DNA of 36,960 nucleotides from Actinomycetota bacterium (GTDB lineage: Bacteria > Actinomycetota > Humimicrobiia > Humimicrobiales > Humimicrobiaceae): contig JAMDDL010000018.1 of assembly GCA_023488645.1 (NCBI GenBank), forward strand, positions 1 through 36,960. Reading direction: 5' to 3'. Under the pieces are notes generated by a model, which worked only from the letters and a program-made list of their open reading frames with translations, was not told the DNA's origin and did not search any database. Position numbers and translations under genes: made by a program. Each line of letters starts with the position of its first letter. Position 1 is the first letter of the stretch. This document shows positions 27,148 through 35,281 of the stretch, one piece after another.

Positions 27148-27869
27148 ATTAAAACGGTTTTGCCGTTCTTCGCCGAATAATAATTTCATCCACCCATGAG
27201 TTATCAGATAATTTAAGCATATAAATAATCGTTTTTGCTATATCTTCGGGAGGCATTAAATCAGATTTATTTATATCAGGTCGTGCGCTGTCTATAAGCT
27301 CCGTATCAACTCCTCCAGGGTGTATTAGTGCAACAGAAATCCCATCTTTTTGAACTTCATTTGCCATCGACTTTGAAAGACCAACAACTGCATTCTTGCT
27401 TGCAGAATATATTGCCTGCTGAGGATATCCTTTAAACACAACATTACTGGAAATATTTATTATAAAACCATTTTTTTGCGGGATCATGATTTTTAATGCC
27501 TGCTGACAGCATAAAAAAACTGCTTTAAAATTCACATTCATTATTTTTTCATAATCACTAATATCAAAATCAACAAGATTTCCTCCAATAAATATACCTG
27601 CATTATTAATAAGAATATCTAATTTACCAAATTCTTCTTTTACTTTACTAAATAATTTTAATATATCTTCTTCTCTTGACATATCAGCCGGAACAATAAG
27701 AGATTTGCCATTAAAAGAGTCTATATTTTTTTTCACTTCTATCAATTTCTCTTTTGTTCTTGCTGCAAGAACAACAATTGCGCCTTCCTTTGCCAGCTCA
27801 ATGCTGATAGCTCTTCCAATACCTTTACTTGCACCAGTTACAATTACAGTTTTATTATTTAAATCCATT
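27148..27869. repeat. 722-bp direct repeat, copy A (partner 31291..32012, offset 4143 bp)
   Basis: Manual base-by-base comparison found no mismatch. Identity starts 1 nt outside the stop codon and ends 1 nt outside the start codon. Confidence 0.9.
27149..27868 (-). CDS. Short-chain dehydrogenase/reductase (classical SDR), copy A
   Basis: 239 aa with TGASKGIG, NNAG and YSASK motifs. Identical to the product of 31292..32011. Confidence 0.9.
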   Translation of the reverse strand: MDLNNKTVIVTGASKGIGRAISIELAKEGAIVVLAARTKEKLIEVKKNIDSFNGKSLIVPADMSREEDILKLFSKVKEEFGKLDILINNAGIFIGGNLVDFDISDYEKIMNVNFKAVFLCCQQALKIMIPQKNGFIINISSNVVFKGYPQQAIYSASKNAVVGLSKSMANEVQKDGISVALIHPGGVDTELIDSARPDINKSDLMPPEDIAKTIIYMLKLSDNSWVDEIIIRRRTAKPF

Positions 27870-28123
27870 TTCTACCTTTATTCTTTTTGTTTTTAAATTA
27901 TTTAAATTATTTTAAAATTAATAAAAGTTTGCTAATGTGAATTAAAATTAAAATCAATGTTGCGTATTAATTATAAAATTTAGTTTAAGCTATTATTTTT
28001 AAATATAAAGAATTACTAATCACTTTTTAAATTGATAAATAACAAAAAAGCCTAAGAAAAATCTTTTTAACAAAAACATTTTAAAAATTAAAATAATTGT
28101 AATACAAAAATAAAATAATTATA

Positions 28124-28152
28124 TTGACAAATAAAATAAATTGTATTCTAAT
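28124..28152 (+). promoter_or_regulatory. Candidate sigma70-type promoter of the vapBC pair (-35 TTGACA, 17-nt spacer, -10 TCTAAT)
   Basis: A perfect -35 hexamer at 28124..28129 and a near-consensus -10 at 28147..28152, 27 nt before the ATG. Such matches are frequent in AT-rich DNA. Confidence 0.3.
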
Positions 28153-28178
28153 AAAGTATAGAAAGCAGGTGAATTTAA

Positions 28179-28445
28179 ATGGACAAAATAATTAAAACTT
28201 TAAGATTTCCTAAAAAATTGTTAGATGAAATAAACTCGATTTCTATTAAAAAAAGAATGAATTTCACAAATTTTGTTACAAGTGCAGTTGAAACTTATTT
28301 AAGAGAATTAAGATTTACCGAGGCAATAAATGAGAGTTCTGGAGTTTGGAATTTAGATGATCATCCTGAATTGAAGAATGGTACAGAACAATATATAAGA
28401 AAAATTAGAAAGGGTCGAAATTTAACCCTAAATAGCAAAGATTAG
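28179..28445 (+). CDS. Ribbon-helix-helix (CopG-like) type II antitoxin
   Basis: 88 aa. KTLRFPKKLLDEINSI...FTNFVTSAVETYL is an RHH fold pattern. The C-terminal GVWNLDDHPEL...EQYIRKIRKG tail is typical of antitoxins paired with PIN toxins. It lies 61 nt upstream of the PIN gene. Confidence 0.75.
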   Translation: MDKIIKTLRFPKKLLDEINSISIKKRMNFTNFVTSAVETYLRELRFTEAINESSGVWNLDDHPELKNGTEQYIRKIRKGRNLTLNSKD

Positions 28446-28506
28446 GCAATAAAGTTAGAGTATTAAAAGTTGATTAACTAAAAATAACAGGAGAAATTTT
28501 AAATTT

Positions 28507-28878
28507 ATGGCACTTTTTGATACAGACGTTTTAATAGATCATCTTTTGAATAAAACTGGAGCTACTGAAACAATGCTAAAATTTAAAAATAACAAAAATT
28601 ACTGTAGTGTAATAACAGTGGGTGAAATACTTTTTGGAATGAGAAAAAATGAAGAGGAAAAAACTCTTAAACTTTTAAACAATCTAATAATTATTGATGT
28701 TGATAAAAAAATAGTTTATTCTGCTTATGAAATTAAAAATAATGCCAAAGGATTTAACTTAGAATTATATGACTGTATTATTGCTGCAACAGCTTTAGAA
28801 TATGATTTAATACTTGTTACTAAAAATTATAAACATTATCCTGATAACCGACTTAAACTTTTTATTCCAGAATATTAA
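28507..28878 (+). CDS. vapC: PIN-domain toxin (VapC-like ribonuclease)
   Basis: 123 aa. MALFDTDVLIDHL provides the acidic D5/D7, GEILFG the glutamate, and YDCIIAATALEYDLILVTKNYKHY the distal aspartate context. Confidence 0.8.
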   Translation: MALFDTDVLIDHLLNKTGATETMLKFKNNKNYCSVITVGEILFGMRKNEEEKTLKLLNNLIIIDVDKKIVYSAYEIKNNAKGFNLELYDCIIAATALEYDLILVTKNYKHYPDNRLKLFIPEY

Positions 28879-29161
28879 ATTTATTTATCTCTCTTAATAT
28901 AATAATTTGAGTTAGGTTAAAATAAGATTAAAATTTATTTAAGGTTAATTTTAAAAATTGATTTATTTTATTTGAGACAATATTATTTATATAAAGAGGT
29001 ATATAAGAGAATTTAAATTTATAAGAACTCGCTTCCGGATCCCCCCAAGTATAAAATACAATAACTACCGGGGTCCCTACCCCAGCTAATGATTTTTTGG
29101 CCAAAAAGATTGATTTTTTATAAAAAAACAGGTGCAAGGGATAAAATCAGACAAGAGGTGT

Positions 29162-29388
29162 CTAACAAAAATCTAATTTATGTAAATCTGCAGATATTTT
29201 AAGCCTGTTTTTTGTTTCCTTCATCCTATAGGATGGACCATTCATATTAACCATATAGGACTTTAAGTCAAGTCTATCTATCATGGCTTAAAGTAAATTA
29301 CAGGACCAGTAAAATATTTCATCCCAGCGCTCAAAATGAAAGATTTGTTGTAATTATTGTTGATAATCTTTCCAGCTCTTAGTGACAG
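29162..29388 (-). pseudogene. Degraded remnant of an IS21-family istB (AAA+ helper) C-terminus
   Basis: On the minus strand, ...AGKIINNNYNKSF.. in one frame, FERWDEIF in another, and MIDRLDLKSYMVNMNGPSYRMKETKN in a third together recall the IstB C-terminal pattern ITSN.SF.EW.EIF.D...A.A.IDRL.HH......G.SYR.KE. This is from memory of the family. The remnant is frameshifted, with no Walker motifs and no istA. Confidence 0.5.
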
Positions 29389-29591
29389 GTTAGTAAATAA
29401 TTTAATTAAATCTTAAATAAAAAAGGTTAACTTCTAAGAAATTTTAAGAAATAAATAAGTTTAGATATAAAAGATAATCAAATAGATAACAGGATAAAAA
29501 TTAAATAAAATATAAAAATATTTTATTGATATATTTAATATATTTGTTTGACAGTAGTCATTATAAAAAAAATTAGTAGTTTATTAGTTCT

Positions 29592-29615
29592 TGCTGAATA
29601 ATTCAGCATTTTTTT
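29592..29615 (+). terminator. Terminator-like hairpin plus T7 tract, orphan
   Basis: tgctga-ataat-tcagca followed by ttttttt, 54 nt upstream of ATG 29669, with no intact + strand gene immediately upstream. Confidence 0.35.
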
Positions 29616-29706
29616 AAATTATCTACCTAAAACTAAATAATTAATTAGAATTAAATAATTAAAAATAAATGGGAACAAGAAAAACTTTTCCAGGAAACTT
29701 AAGAAC

Positions 29707-29713
29707 AAAAAAG
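29707..29713 (+). promoter_or_regulatory. A_AAA_AAG heptamer in register with the ATG-29669 frame. Candidate -1 frameshift site, or a homopolymer sequencing error site.
   Basis: The zero-frame codons are AAA (29708-29710) and AAG (29711-29713), preceded by A29707. A -1 slip continues at GAA 29713, in the frame of the deacetylase ORF. Confidence 0.25.
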
Positions 29714-29961
29714 AAAAGAAATATACAAGAAGATATACAACTATAATTTTTTTCTTAATAATAATTACATTATGCATAATTTTTATAACAAAATGTATAT
29801 CAAATAATAAATCTGAATTATCTAAAACTTCTACTACAAATACTTCTGAAGCTATAAACAATACTAAAGAGGCAACAACACAAGATACATCAAATGAAAC
29901 AACAACCAAAAGTACTTTACTTGATACAAAAATAAATTCTAACAATTCAGACATATCAATA

Positions 29962-30573
29962 GTGATTACTAAGGGATTAGTGAATAAAGATAATGATAAA
30001 CAAGTTGCTCTAACATTTGATTCAGGATGGGAATATAAAAATACTGAGGAGTTCTTAAATATTCTTGAAAGTTATAATATAAAAGCAACATTTTTTACTA
30101 GAGGTTTATGGGCTAAAGATCATCCTGAACTTGCAAAAGCAATAGTTAATAATGGGCATGATTTAGAAAACCATTCATTAACTCATGGCCATATGAATTC
30201 AATGACAGATGCAGAAATTGAAAATGAAATTAATACTACAACAGATATAATAAAGGAAATAACAGGATTTACCCCACAGTTATTTAGACCGCCCTATGGT
30301 GAATACGATACCAGGATATTAAAAATTTTAAAAAAGGGTGGATACACTTACACAATTTTATGGACTATAGATAGTTATGACTGGGCACAAGAAATGAATG
30401 GAGTAAAGATAATAAAGGATTACCTTGTCAATAGGGTGCTAAGTAAAGCTTCAAATAATGCAATAATTTTAATGCATATTGGAGGCTATGAAACCGTTAA
30501 CGCACTTCCTGAAATTATTGAAGGCTTAAAATCACAAGAATATGAATTTGTTAAAATAAAAGATATGCTTTAA
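29962..30573 (+). CDS. Polysaccharide deacetylase (NodB homology domain, CE4). The true N-terminus is probably upstream (29669) across a frameshift.
   Basis: VALTFDSGWE, HSLTHGHM and LFRPPYGEY are NodB motifs. The frame is open back to 29659 and encodes a hydrophobic anchor (TTIIFFLIIITLCIIFI) plus an S/T/N-rich linker, but has no ATG/GTG/TTG before GTG 29962. ATG 29669 lies in the neighbouring frame. Confidence 0.8.
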   Translation: MITKGLVNKDNDKQVALTFDSGWEYKNTEEFLNILESYNIKATFFTRGLWAKDHPELAKAIVNNGHDLENHSLTHGHMNSMTDAEIENEINTTTDIIKEITGFTPQLFRPPYGEYDTRILKILKKGGYTYTILWTIDSYDWAQEMNGVKIIKDYLVNRVLSKASNNAIILMHIGGYETVNALPEIIEGLKSQEYEFVKIKDML

Positions 30574-30686
30574 TTTTAACTTATACTTTAATTTGTAATT
30601 TAACTTACCTATGAAAATTTTTGTTAATATCTCTAATAAATTTTATTAATATCGCTAATAAAAATTAGCTTAATAAAATTATGCAA

Positions 30687-31247
30687 TTATTTTGAATAAT
30701 ATAAATCTTTAAGTTTTTTACCCATTGTCCAATATTGATCATTTACATAACAAAGTATATTCATCTTAGAAATTAATGGCTCTTCATCATCCCCAAGAAA
30801 TTTTTCATCAACATGAGTGCTTAAAACTTCTGCAATAAATATCTCATGAGTATTTAATTCCATAGTTTCAGTAACTTTGCATTCTAAACAAATTGGGCAT
30901 TCTTTTATTAAAGAAACATTGATTTTTTCTGCAGGAAACTTTATAAAACCTGTCATTTTAAATTTATCAACCTTATCCCCGTGACTGTATCCACATTTAT
31001 CTATTTGCTCCATAATATCAACTGACGCGATGCAAAGGCCAAATTCTTTATTTTGCTTAATTATTTTGGCTGAATACTTACCCTTGCCAATACTTACATA
31101 TAACATATTCGGCTTATAATCAACAATTCCTACCCAGGAAAGAGGAATTATATTATCAGTAGATAAATCATTTTTATTAGCTCTGCAAGTAGCAAGAGTA
31201 ACTGGTAATGGCAGAACTAAATTTTGTACTTTTTGTAGTAATTTCAT
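30687..31247 (-). CDS. Flavin reductase-like FMN-binding split-barrel protein
   Basis: 186 aa. N.IPLSWVG...P....VSIG near the N-terminus and the overall size fit the Flavin_Reduct family. It starts 44 nt downstream of SDR copy B, suggesting an operon. Confidence 0.6.
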   Translation of the reverse strand: MKLLQKVQNLVLPLPVTLATCRANKNDLSTDNIIPLSWVGIVDYKPNMLYVSIGKGKYSAKIIKQNKEFGLCIASVDIMEQIDKCGYSHGDKVDKFKMTGFIKFPAEKINVSLIKECPICLECKVTETMELNTHEIFIAEVLSTHVDEKFLGDDEEPLISKMNILCYVNDQYWTMGKKLKDLYYSK

Positions 31248-31290
31248 TTTTGCCCCTAAACCTTTCTATTTTGTTTTAAAAAACCTTGTA

Positions 31291-32012
31291 ATTAAAACGG
31301 TTTTGCCGTTCTTCGCCGAATAATAATTTCATCCACCCATGAGTTATCAGATAATTTAAGCATATAAATAATCGTTTTTGCTATATCTTCGGGAGGCATT
31401 AAATCAGATTTATTTATATCAGGTCGTGCGCTGTCTATAAGCTCCGTATCAACTCCTCCAGGGTGTATTAGTGCAACAGAAATCCCATCTTTTTGAACTT
31501 CATTTGCCATCGACTTTGAAAGACCAACAACTGCATTCTTGCTTGCAGAATATATTGCCTGCTGAGGATATCCTTTAAACACAACATTACTGGAAATATT
31601 TATTATAAAACCATTTTTTTGCGGGATCATGATTTTTAATGCCTGCTGACAGCATAAAAAAACTGCTTTAAAATTCACATTCATTATTTTTTCATAATCA
31701 CTAATATCAAAATCAACAAGATTTCCTCCAATAAATATACCTGCATTATTAATAAGAATATCTAATTTACCAAATTCTTCTTTTACTTTACTAAATAATT
31801 TTAATATATCTTCTTCTCTTGACATATCAGCCGGAACAATAAGAGATTTGCCATTAAAAGAGTCTATATTTTTTTTCACTTCTATCAATTTCTCTTTTGT
31901 TCTTGCTGCAAGAACAACAATTGCGCCTTCCTTTGCCAGCTCAATGCTGATAGCTCTTCCAATACCTTTACTTGCACCAGTTACAATTACAGTTTTATTA
32001 TTTAAATCCATT
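31291..32012. repeat. 722-bp direct repeat, copy B (partner 27148..27869)
   Basis: See copy A. The flanks diverge immediately on both sides (c/a at the left edge, t/g at the right edge). Confidence 0.9.
31292..32011 (-). CDS. Short-chain dehydrogenase/reductase (classical SDR), copy B
   Basis: The translation is identical to copy A (27149..27868). Confidence 0.9.
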   Translation of the reverse strand: MDLNNKTVIVTGASKGIGRAISIELAKEGAIVVLAARTKEKLIEVKKNIDSFNGKSLIVPADMSREEDILKLFSKVKEEFGKLDILINNAGIFIGGNLVDFDISDYEKIMNVNFKAVFLCCQQALKIMIPQKNGFIINISSNVVFKGYPQQAIYSASKNAVVGLSKSMANEVQKDGISVALIHPGGVDTELIDSARPDINKSDLMPPEDIAKTIIYMLKLSDNSWVDEIIIRRRTAKPF

Positions 32013-32270
32013 GTTTACTGCGCCTTTATATGATTTTATTTATTTTATAAATATGCTTTCTCCACTTTATTCACATTTATCAGTTTTAAAATCTTTGTGT
32101 TTTTAAAGTCTTTTTAAATGATACTTTTTATTTTAATTTGCTTCAAATATTATTTTTAAGTAATGTCATAAAAAATTAAATGTATTTAAATTAATAATTA
32201 AATGCTAATACGTGCTTATGAAATATCTTATACTGTTTTTTATATTTAATTTTTTAAAAATTATTATTAT

Positions 32271-32726
32271 CTACAAAGAAGATTCTCTTAAAACATATTC
32301 AAAAGTATAACCATTGTCTTGAACTATATTTTTAATTTCTTCTCTTACTTTTTTATAATCAAACTCATAATTATACTTTTTGCCAAATAAAACTGATTGT
32401 TCTTCTATTGAGCCTTCTCTGCCACCACTAATATATTTTGTTTTTTCTACTTTAAATCCAAATCCTGGACTTATATCATCACTGTCATAGCCACCAGATG
32501 ATATGCCAGAGCCTGTTTCTGTTAAAATTTCAAAAAATCTTATTAATTTTTTATCATCATCTATTTTGACTTTGCATTTATACATTAGTTTTTGCCTACT
32601 TAAAAATGCTTTTCTTTCTGCAACTAATGCCTCAAATTTTAATAAATTTGGTTTTTCCTCAATAAATTTTCCAGTAACATTACCATTACTATCAATTTTT
32701 AATATTAATTCTTTCACTGTTGACAT
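32271..32726 (-). CDS. Hypothetical protein, no recognisable family
   Basis: 151-aa ORF with a plausible RBS (aaaggacaaataattatg), a central Gly/Ser/Asp-rich loop TETGSGISSGGYDSDDISPGFGF, and no TM segment. It is isolated by 260- and 470-bp AT-rich spacers. Confidence 0.6.
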   Translation of the reverse strand: MSTVKELILKIDSNGNVTGKFIEEKPNLLKFEALVAERKAFLSRQKLMYKCKVKIDDDKKLIRFFEILTETGSGISSGGYDSDDISPGFGFKVEKTKYISGGREGSIEEQSVLFGKKYNYEFDYKKVREEIKNIVQDNGYTFEYVLRESSL

Positions 32727-33198
32727 AATTATTTGTCCTTTCTTTAAAAAATTTTTTTAATTTATACTACTTTATAGAATTAGAAATATACTGAAAAACA
32801 AATTAAAATTTAAAAACTTTTTAAATTTAATTTAATTTATTTATTATAATGATTATCAGGGCTTAAATTTTTTATTATAAATAAAAATTCTTTTAAAATA
32901 TCTCTTCATAATATAAACTATATTATATAGAAATGATATAAAATAAATATATTTAATTCATAAATATTAACAATTAACAAATAAAACATTAAATAAATAA
33001 TAAAAAATAACAAAAGATAATAAAAAATATAATAAATATCAAATATAAAATATAACATAAAAATAACTCTAAGGAATATTTTTTAACTTTTTCACAATAA
33101 ATTTTCACAATAAAGATACTAATTATAATCTCACAATTATTTTATAAAAATATTTTCAATTAAAAATATAAAAAATATAAATAAAGGGATGGTATTTT

Positions 33199-34089
33199 AT
33201 GGATGTTATTACTAAAACAATAATTATTCTTGCAGCTATCTTATTTTTCTTTTTTCTAATCGGGATAAGAATAGTAAGACCAACTCATCGTGGTTTAATC
33301 GAAACTCTCGGGAAATATACAAAGTTTGCTTTGCCAGGATTTCACTGGATTGTGCCTATTATTCAAAGAATTTATCTTGTAGACATTAGAGAGCAACTTG
33401 TAAATGCAGAGCCTCAAGTAATAATCACAAATGATAATTTAAATGCAACAGTTGATGCACAGGTTTATTTAAAAGTTAAATCTGATGAAGAAAGCGTAAA
33501 AAATTCTATGTATAATGTTACAAATTATCGTCTTCAAGTGGTTAACCTTGCAAGGACTACTTTAAGAAATATTATAGGTACTCTTACTCTTAAATCTGCA
33601 AACAGTGAAAGAGGCAGGATTAATATGGACCTTGACCAAACTCTCAAAGTAGAAACTAAAAACTGGGGTATTGAAATACTTAGAACCGAGCTTAAAGAAA
33701 TTGATCCTCCAAAAGATGTTCAGGAAACCATGAATAAAGTAGTTAAAGCTGAAAATGAAAAAATTGCTGCTATCGATTTTGCAACAGCAGCAGAAACAAA
33801 TGCTGATGGTGTAAAAAGAGCTGAAATAAAAAAAGCAGAGGGAGTCAAGCAAGCAAAAATTCTTGAAGCAGAAGGTGAAGCGCAGGCTATTAAACTTGTA
33901 AATGAAGCTGCTGATAAATATTTCGTTGGGAATGCACAGCTACTTAGAAAATTACAAGCCATGGAAAACGCATTAAGAAATAATGCAAAGATAATTCTTC
34001 CATCAGATAGTGAACTGGTTAATGTAATTGGAGAGATGTCCGGAGTATTGCCATTAAAAAGAGAAATAAAAGAATCAAAAGAACAGTAA
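33199..34089 (+). CDS. SPFH/band 7 (stomatin/prohibitin-like) membrane protein
   Basis: 296 aa with an N-terminal TM anchor, an SPFH core (IVRPTHRGLIETLGKY...DAQVYLKV...LRTELKEIDPP) and an Ala/Glu/Lys-rich coiled-coil tail. Confidence 0.9.
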   Translation: MDVITKTIIILAAILFFFFLIGIRIVRPTHRGLIETLGKYTKFALPGFHWIVPIIQRIYLVDIREQLVNAEPQVIITNDNLNATVDAQVYLKVKSDEESVKNSMYNVTNYRLQVVNLARTTLRNIIGTLTLKSANSERGRINMDLDQTLKVETKNWGIEILRTELKEIDPPKDVQETMNKVVKAENEKIAAIDFATAAETNADGVKRAEIKKAEGVKQAKILEAEGEAQAIKLVNEAADKYFVGNAQLLRKLQAMENALRNNAKIILPSDSELVNVIGEMSGVLPLKREIKESKEQ

Positions 34090-34119
34090 TGGGCAATAAT
34101 TTATAATTAAAAAAAATTC

Positions 34120-35067
34120 TTAAACTAAAAAATGGTCATATCCATGACCATCTAACATTTGTTCTTTACCATCTTTTAGTAATCTTATTCCTTTTTTTTC
34201 TGTAATTTCTCCTACCACAATACCTTTAACCATATCCAAATTTTCTTCAGAAACGGTGTATACTAGTTCAAAATCTTCTCCTCCATACAAAGCAAAATTT
34301 AAAGCGTCGCCTTCACAAGCTTGAGCAGCTTTTTTAGTAATTGGTTTTATTGGAATAGAATCAGCATAAATTATGGCACCTGTATTACTTTGTTCACATA
34401 TTCTAGTGACTTCTGAAGCAAGACCATCTGAAACGTCTATCATTGCATTTATGTATTTTAAAAATGATTTAACTTTATAAAATTTAGCTTCCGGTTCTGT
34501 GTGCTTTCGTTTTACCTCATCAAAATTATTTACATTTTTTAAAAAAAGATTAAGACCTGCAGTACTCGAACCAAGATCACCACTTACTAAAATAATATCT
34601 CCAGGTTTAGCATTTGATCTAAATTTTAAGTTTTGTTTTAATGCCTCACCAATCATACAAATATCTATAATTAATTGATTACCATGCGTTATATTCCCCC
34701 CAATGATTTCAATATTATACTTTGCACAAGTTTCCCGCATACCTTTATAAATATTTTCTATAATTTCTGCGTCAAATATTTTGGGAATAACAAGAGATAC
34801 AAGAAAAAATTTTGGCTCCCCACCCATAGCACCAATATCGGATACATTTACTTCAACAGCCTTTTTACCTATTTGTTGAGGAGTAAAATAATTTAAAGAA
34901 AAATGATCACCTTCAACCATTGTATCTGTAGTAAAAAGCAAATAGTTATTGCCAAATTTTATTACAGCAGCATCATCTCCTATCCCCCTGATTATCTGCC
35001 TGTTAGTTGGTTGTTTTGTAATTCTTTTTATAAGCTCAAATTCTCCACCTATCTTCGCAATATCCAT
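34120..35067 (-). CDS. thiL: Thiamine-monophosphate kinase
   Basis: 315 aa with IGDDAAV, the AIR-synthase-like fold motif DTMVEGDHF, and DVSDGL. Confidence 0.88.
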   Translation of the reverse strand: MDIAKIGGEFELIKRITKQPTNRQIIRGIGDDAAVIKFGNNYLLFTTDTMVEGDHFSLNYFTPQQIGKKAVEVNVSDIGAMGGEPKFFLVSLVIPKIFDAEIIENIYKGMRETCAKYNIEIIGGNITHGNQLIIDICMIGEALKQNLKFRSNAKPGDIILVSGDLGSSTAGLNLFLKNVNNFDEVKRKHTEPEAKFYKVKSFLKYINAMIDVSDGLASEVTRICEQSNTGAIIYADSIPIKPITKKAAQACEGDALNFALYGGEDFELVYTVSEENLDMVKGIVVGEITEKKGIRLLKDGKEQMLDGHGYDHFLV

Positions 35068-35281
35068 TTTTATGCCTTCTATTCCTGATTAATTTTTATA
35101 ATTTTTCTCTACTAATTCTTAAATTTTTATAACTTTTATAATTTCTATAATTCTAATACTAATAATTTTATTAAATTTTCTATTAAATTTTTAATTTGAT
35201 TTGGCAGATCATTTAATAAATCAATTTAATATATGAATTTGATCAATTAATTAGTAATAAAAATAATAAATATATAGTTAA

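Noticed and set aside
27007-27189. 60-aa minus-strand ORF overlapping the 3' end of SDR copy A
   Set aside because: It overlaps the SDR stop region out of frame, has no RBS and no recognisable features. The equivalent region next to copy B has no such ORF.
28928-29137. 69-aa minus-strand ORF in the IS-remnant zone
   Set aside because: It has no family resemblance and lies in decayed mobile-element DNA containing palindromes, so it is probably non-coding.
29619-29954. 111-aa minus-strand ORF upstream of the deacetylase
   Set aside because: It is antisense to the in-frame N-terminal extension (TM anchor plus S/T/N linker) of the deacetylase. Its V/F/L-rich translation looks like a mirror-frame artefact.
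30633-30672. Imperfect direct repeat ttaatatc(t/g)ctaataaa twice, between the convergent deacetylase and flavin reductase genes
   Set aside because: It is short and AT-rich, contains a mismatch, and sits in a convergent 3' spacer. It is not distinguishable from chance without genome-wide statistics.
908-35088. Short ORFs (60-107 aa) nested in, or antisense to, longer well-supported CDSs. Examples: 908..1120, 2165..2419, 2304..2582, 2790..2984, 4052..4261, 6889..7146, 8339..8602, 11092..11331, 12172..12354, 12641..12823, 12782..13015, 13869..14051, 14806..15009, 15313..15636, 17464..17685, 17781..17975, 20081..20290, 20625..20851, 21065..21280, 22318..22548, 22793..23062, 25222..25449, 26820..27005, 27705..27896, 31848..32033, 32503..32760, 33562..33962, 34675..35088.
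   Set aside because: All overlap a longer ORF with clear family signatures. Their translations are low-complexity or hydrophobic mirror images typical of antisense frames in AT-rich DNA, and they have no RBS or family resemblance.
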